From: Heterodontus francisci
Lineage: Eukaryota
Assembly: GCF_036365525.1 (NCBI RefSeq)
Contig: NC_090388.1
Coordinates: 22,561,619 to 22,625,618, forward strand
Direction of reading: 5' to 3'
DNA: 64,000 nucleotides
Below, in pieces: positions 61,973 to 64,000 of the stretch. The notes below the pieces were generated by a model. It saw nothing but the letters and a program-made list of their open reading frames with translations. It was not told the DNA's origin and searched no databases. How positions within the stretch are numbered: position 1 is the first letter of the stretch; the number at the start of each line of letters is the position of its first letter. The position numbers and the translations under genes are program-made.

Positions 61973-62055
61973 TTGAACAAATGTTTTGGGAAGTGATGCA
62001 TCTGAGGAAGGAAATGTCACTAACCAAACTGGGATTTTACAAGGAGGAACTCTGA
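61973..62055 (+). CDS. RAB3IP: RAB3IP last coding exon: (V)[26 protein letters not shown]
   Basis: tttttacag|TTGAA...CTCTGA, phase 1; the KEEL C-terminus fits RAB3IP rather than RAB3IL1. Confidence 0.95.
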
Positions 62056-63210
62056 GATCCAGCCGCTGGAAAAAATGCATGAGCTTTAATGAGTGATCAA
62101 CAATAATGTGGTTTCTAAGACTTTATTGTCTTAATATTTATTTTTCTTACACTAGGTCCACCAGCTCTGATTTCTTTTCAGCAGCTGTACTTAAGTGCTA
62201 TAAGGGTAGTTAATTTTGACAAATGACAAAGGACGGAAAAATATTTTTCTGTTTTAAGAACTGTGTTGTGTATTTACAACTGTATCAATGGCACTGCATA
62301 GAAAAGAAGTTATAGGTGTAATGAAAGCAGCTGAAATAAATTTTGACCTCAGTTATCTGTTACGCAACACGTTTGTAAGAAAAATGAATGCTTTGTGTGT
62401 GCCGGCTTTCTGTTTTCATGAGCTGTATTTTAAAATAGTTTTACAGGATGTGTGGTTTTCATTCTCTGATTAACAAATCAAACTTTCCATCATTTGAATT
62501 CAATTTCAGTTAATAGTGGTTGAGTTATTGATTTCACATTGTGCACTTTAAATATAGTGTATTTTCTAAGAACAATACTTTATAATTCAAATCTGTAGCA
62601 TATCTGAGACAAATTAAGATGTGAAAGGGGCTAATATGAAATGCATTAATTATACATTACTGTAACAATCTATAAATGCACTAATTGACAATAAATGTGT
62701 CTGGTAAATGTTAGCTTGCAGTTTTGAAAATTATCTGCATATAAAGTTATCATAGTGGGAATACTGATACTGAATTATCAGGGAAAACTGATGGGTGGAG
62801 TTTTTGGAAAACATATCTTACTGAGTGCATTATCCAAAATTTGATCATCTATTTTTATGCTCTACCATGATAGAATTTCAAAAGAAATTCTGTTCAATTC
62901 CTTTTATCTAATTGTCATTATCGGTTACATTGCTGTTTCTCACGTAAACTGTGTATTCAACTGGTCGGGGTTTAGGGAATAATCAATTTTTGACTTGGCA
63001 TCCAATGGTTTTAAAAAAAACAAAACAATGTCTTTGTCAGTGACAGTGAAATGTGCTTGCTGAGCCTGTGCTGACAACAATTGATTGTTTCTTTGCCATC
63101 TTCCTGAACTGGAATGTCTCTGAGGGTGCAGGGTAGTGGTTTTGACCAAGTTTCTTACTAGTTTTAAAACCTTTATCTGTATAAATAAAAAAGGGAAGCA
63201 AATGCTGTGC
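62056..63210 (+). other. RAB3IP: RAB3IP 3' UTR with candidate poly(A) signals at 62335, 62690 and 63184
   Basis: AT-rich, repeat-free sequence after the stop with AATAAA hexamers. The true 3' end is unknown. Confidence 0.55.
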
Positions 63211-64000
63211 GCCTGAAGTAGAAATCTTTAGCTTGTTTGTGGGTCATCATGGATAATTTGGATGATGCCTATTTCACTTGCTGTTCTCCATATATTTTTC
63301 AATTGTACCCTCCCGTGAAAGCAGGGATTCTGCAATAACATCTTGAAAGTTTTAGGACTGAGGTTCTGTGCTTTTCTGTTGCTTTGTTAAAGAGAATTGC
63401 ATGGCAGATCATTGGACACATCCATATCATGGCTGCTGGTTTTTTGAAGAGTCTTATGAACCATTGAGCAGTTAAGTAGAGGACAATCACTTCCTCCAGG
63501 GAGGGAGAAATTTCAAGAGCCATCTCTTTGATAACCAACTATTAGTAGTTATATAAGGGATTGATAGATGCTTAAAAGTGGACCTCATGCCCTCTTCCTC
63601 TGTGCTTGGGCTGTTTAAGTCTAAAAAGCAGGAACTAAAATGTTAAAATTGGCATGAAAGGGGATGATACATTTATTGTATGCTGAGAATCACTTTTATA
63701 GAATGAGCACTAAGCGACAACAATGGTGAGTTAAGTCTTCAGTGTAAAAGGCTATAACTTCTGAAGCATTGAAGAAAAACTAGATATCATATTCATCACA
63801 AAGAACTTTTTGGTTTCTGACTGAATTGTCAGTATTGAATGCCTTGATTTTCACTGGGGTGGGGGTGGGGAGAGAGTGAAAAGGGTGCAGGGGTGCCCAG
63901 TGATGGGCAATCAACCCGTCAAGGCTGGGAACATAGAGTCCCTACCAATCTCTACAGCAGGGCCTTATTTAAGTAAATCTCTGCAGTGTCCTACCCGACA

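Noticed and set aside
10307-62055. RAB3IL1 (GRAB) as the gene identity
   Set aside because: [17 protein letters not shown] and the terminal KEEL fit RAB3IP better.

Overview
Vertebrate genomic DNA. The repeat content (HE1/V-SINE-like and Deu-domain SINEs, CR1, Penelope) points to a cartilaginous fish, probably a shark. The only host gene is the 3' part of RAB3IP (Rabin8, Rab8 GEF) on the + strand. It has eight canonical GT-AG coding exons from 10307 to the stop at 62055, a probable 24-nt in-frame microexon at 39217-39240, and a 3' UTR. The introns are packed with nested transposon relics: CR1/L2/RTE LINEs, Penelope-like elements with hammerhead-ribozyme motifs, a Gmr1-order Gypsy, a short-LTR Gypsy, solo LTRs, Harbinger/hAT MITEs, and a 7.15-kb antisense ERV-like element that lacks recognisable gag-pol but carries a decayed env-position ORF. 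The most notable observations are the microexon, that ERV-like element, a chimeric 317-bp copy of the gene's own 3' UTR inside an upstream intronic CR1, hammerhead-bearing inverted-pLTR insertions, and inverted SINEs flanking two exons. I cannot establish a wholly new biological system from sequence alone. Repeat boundaries are by-eye estimates unless a TSD is quoted.
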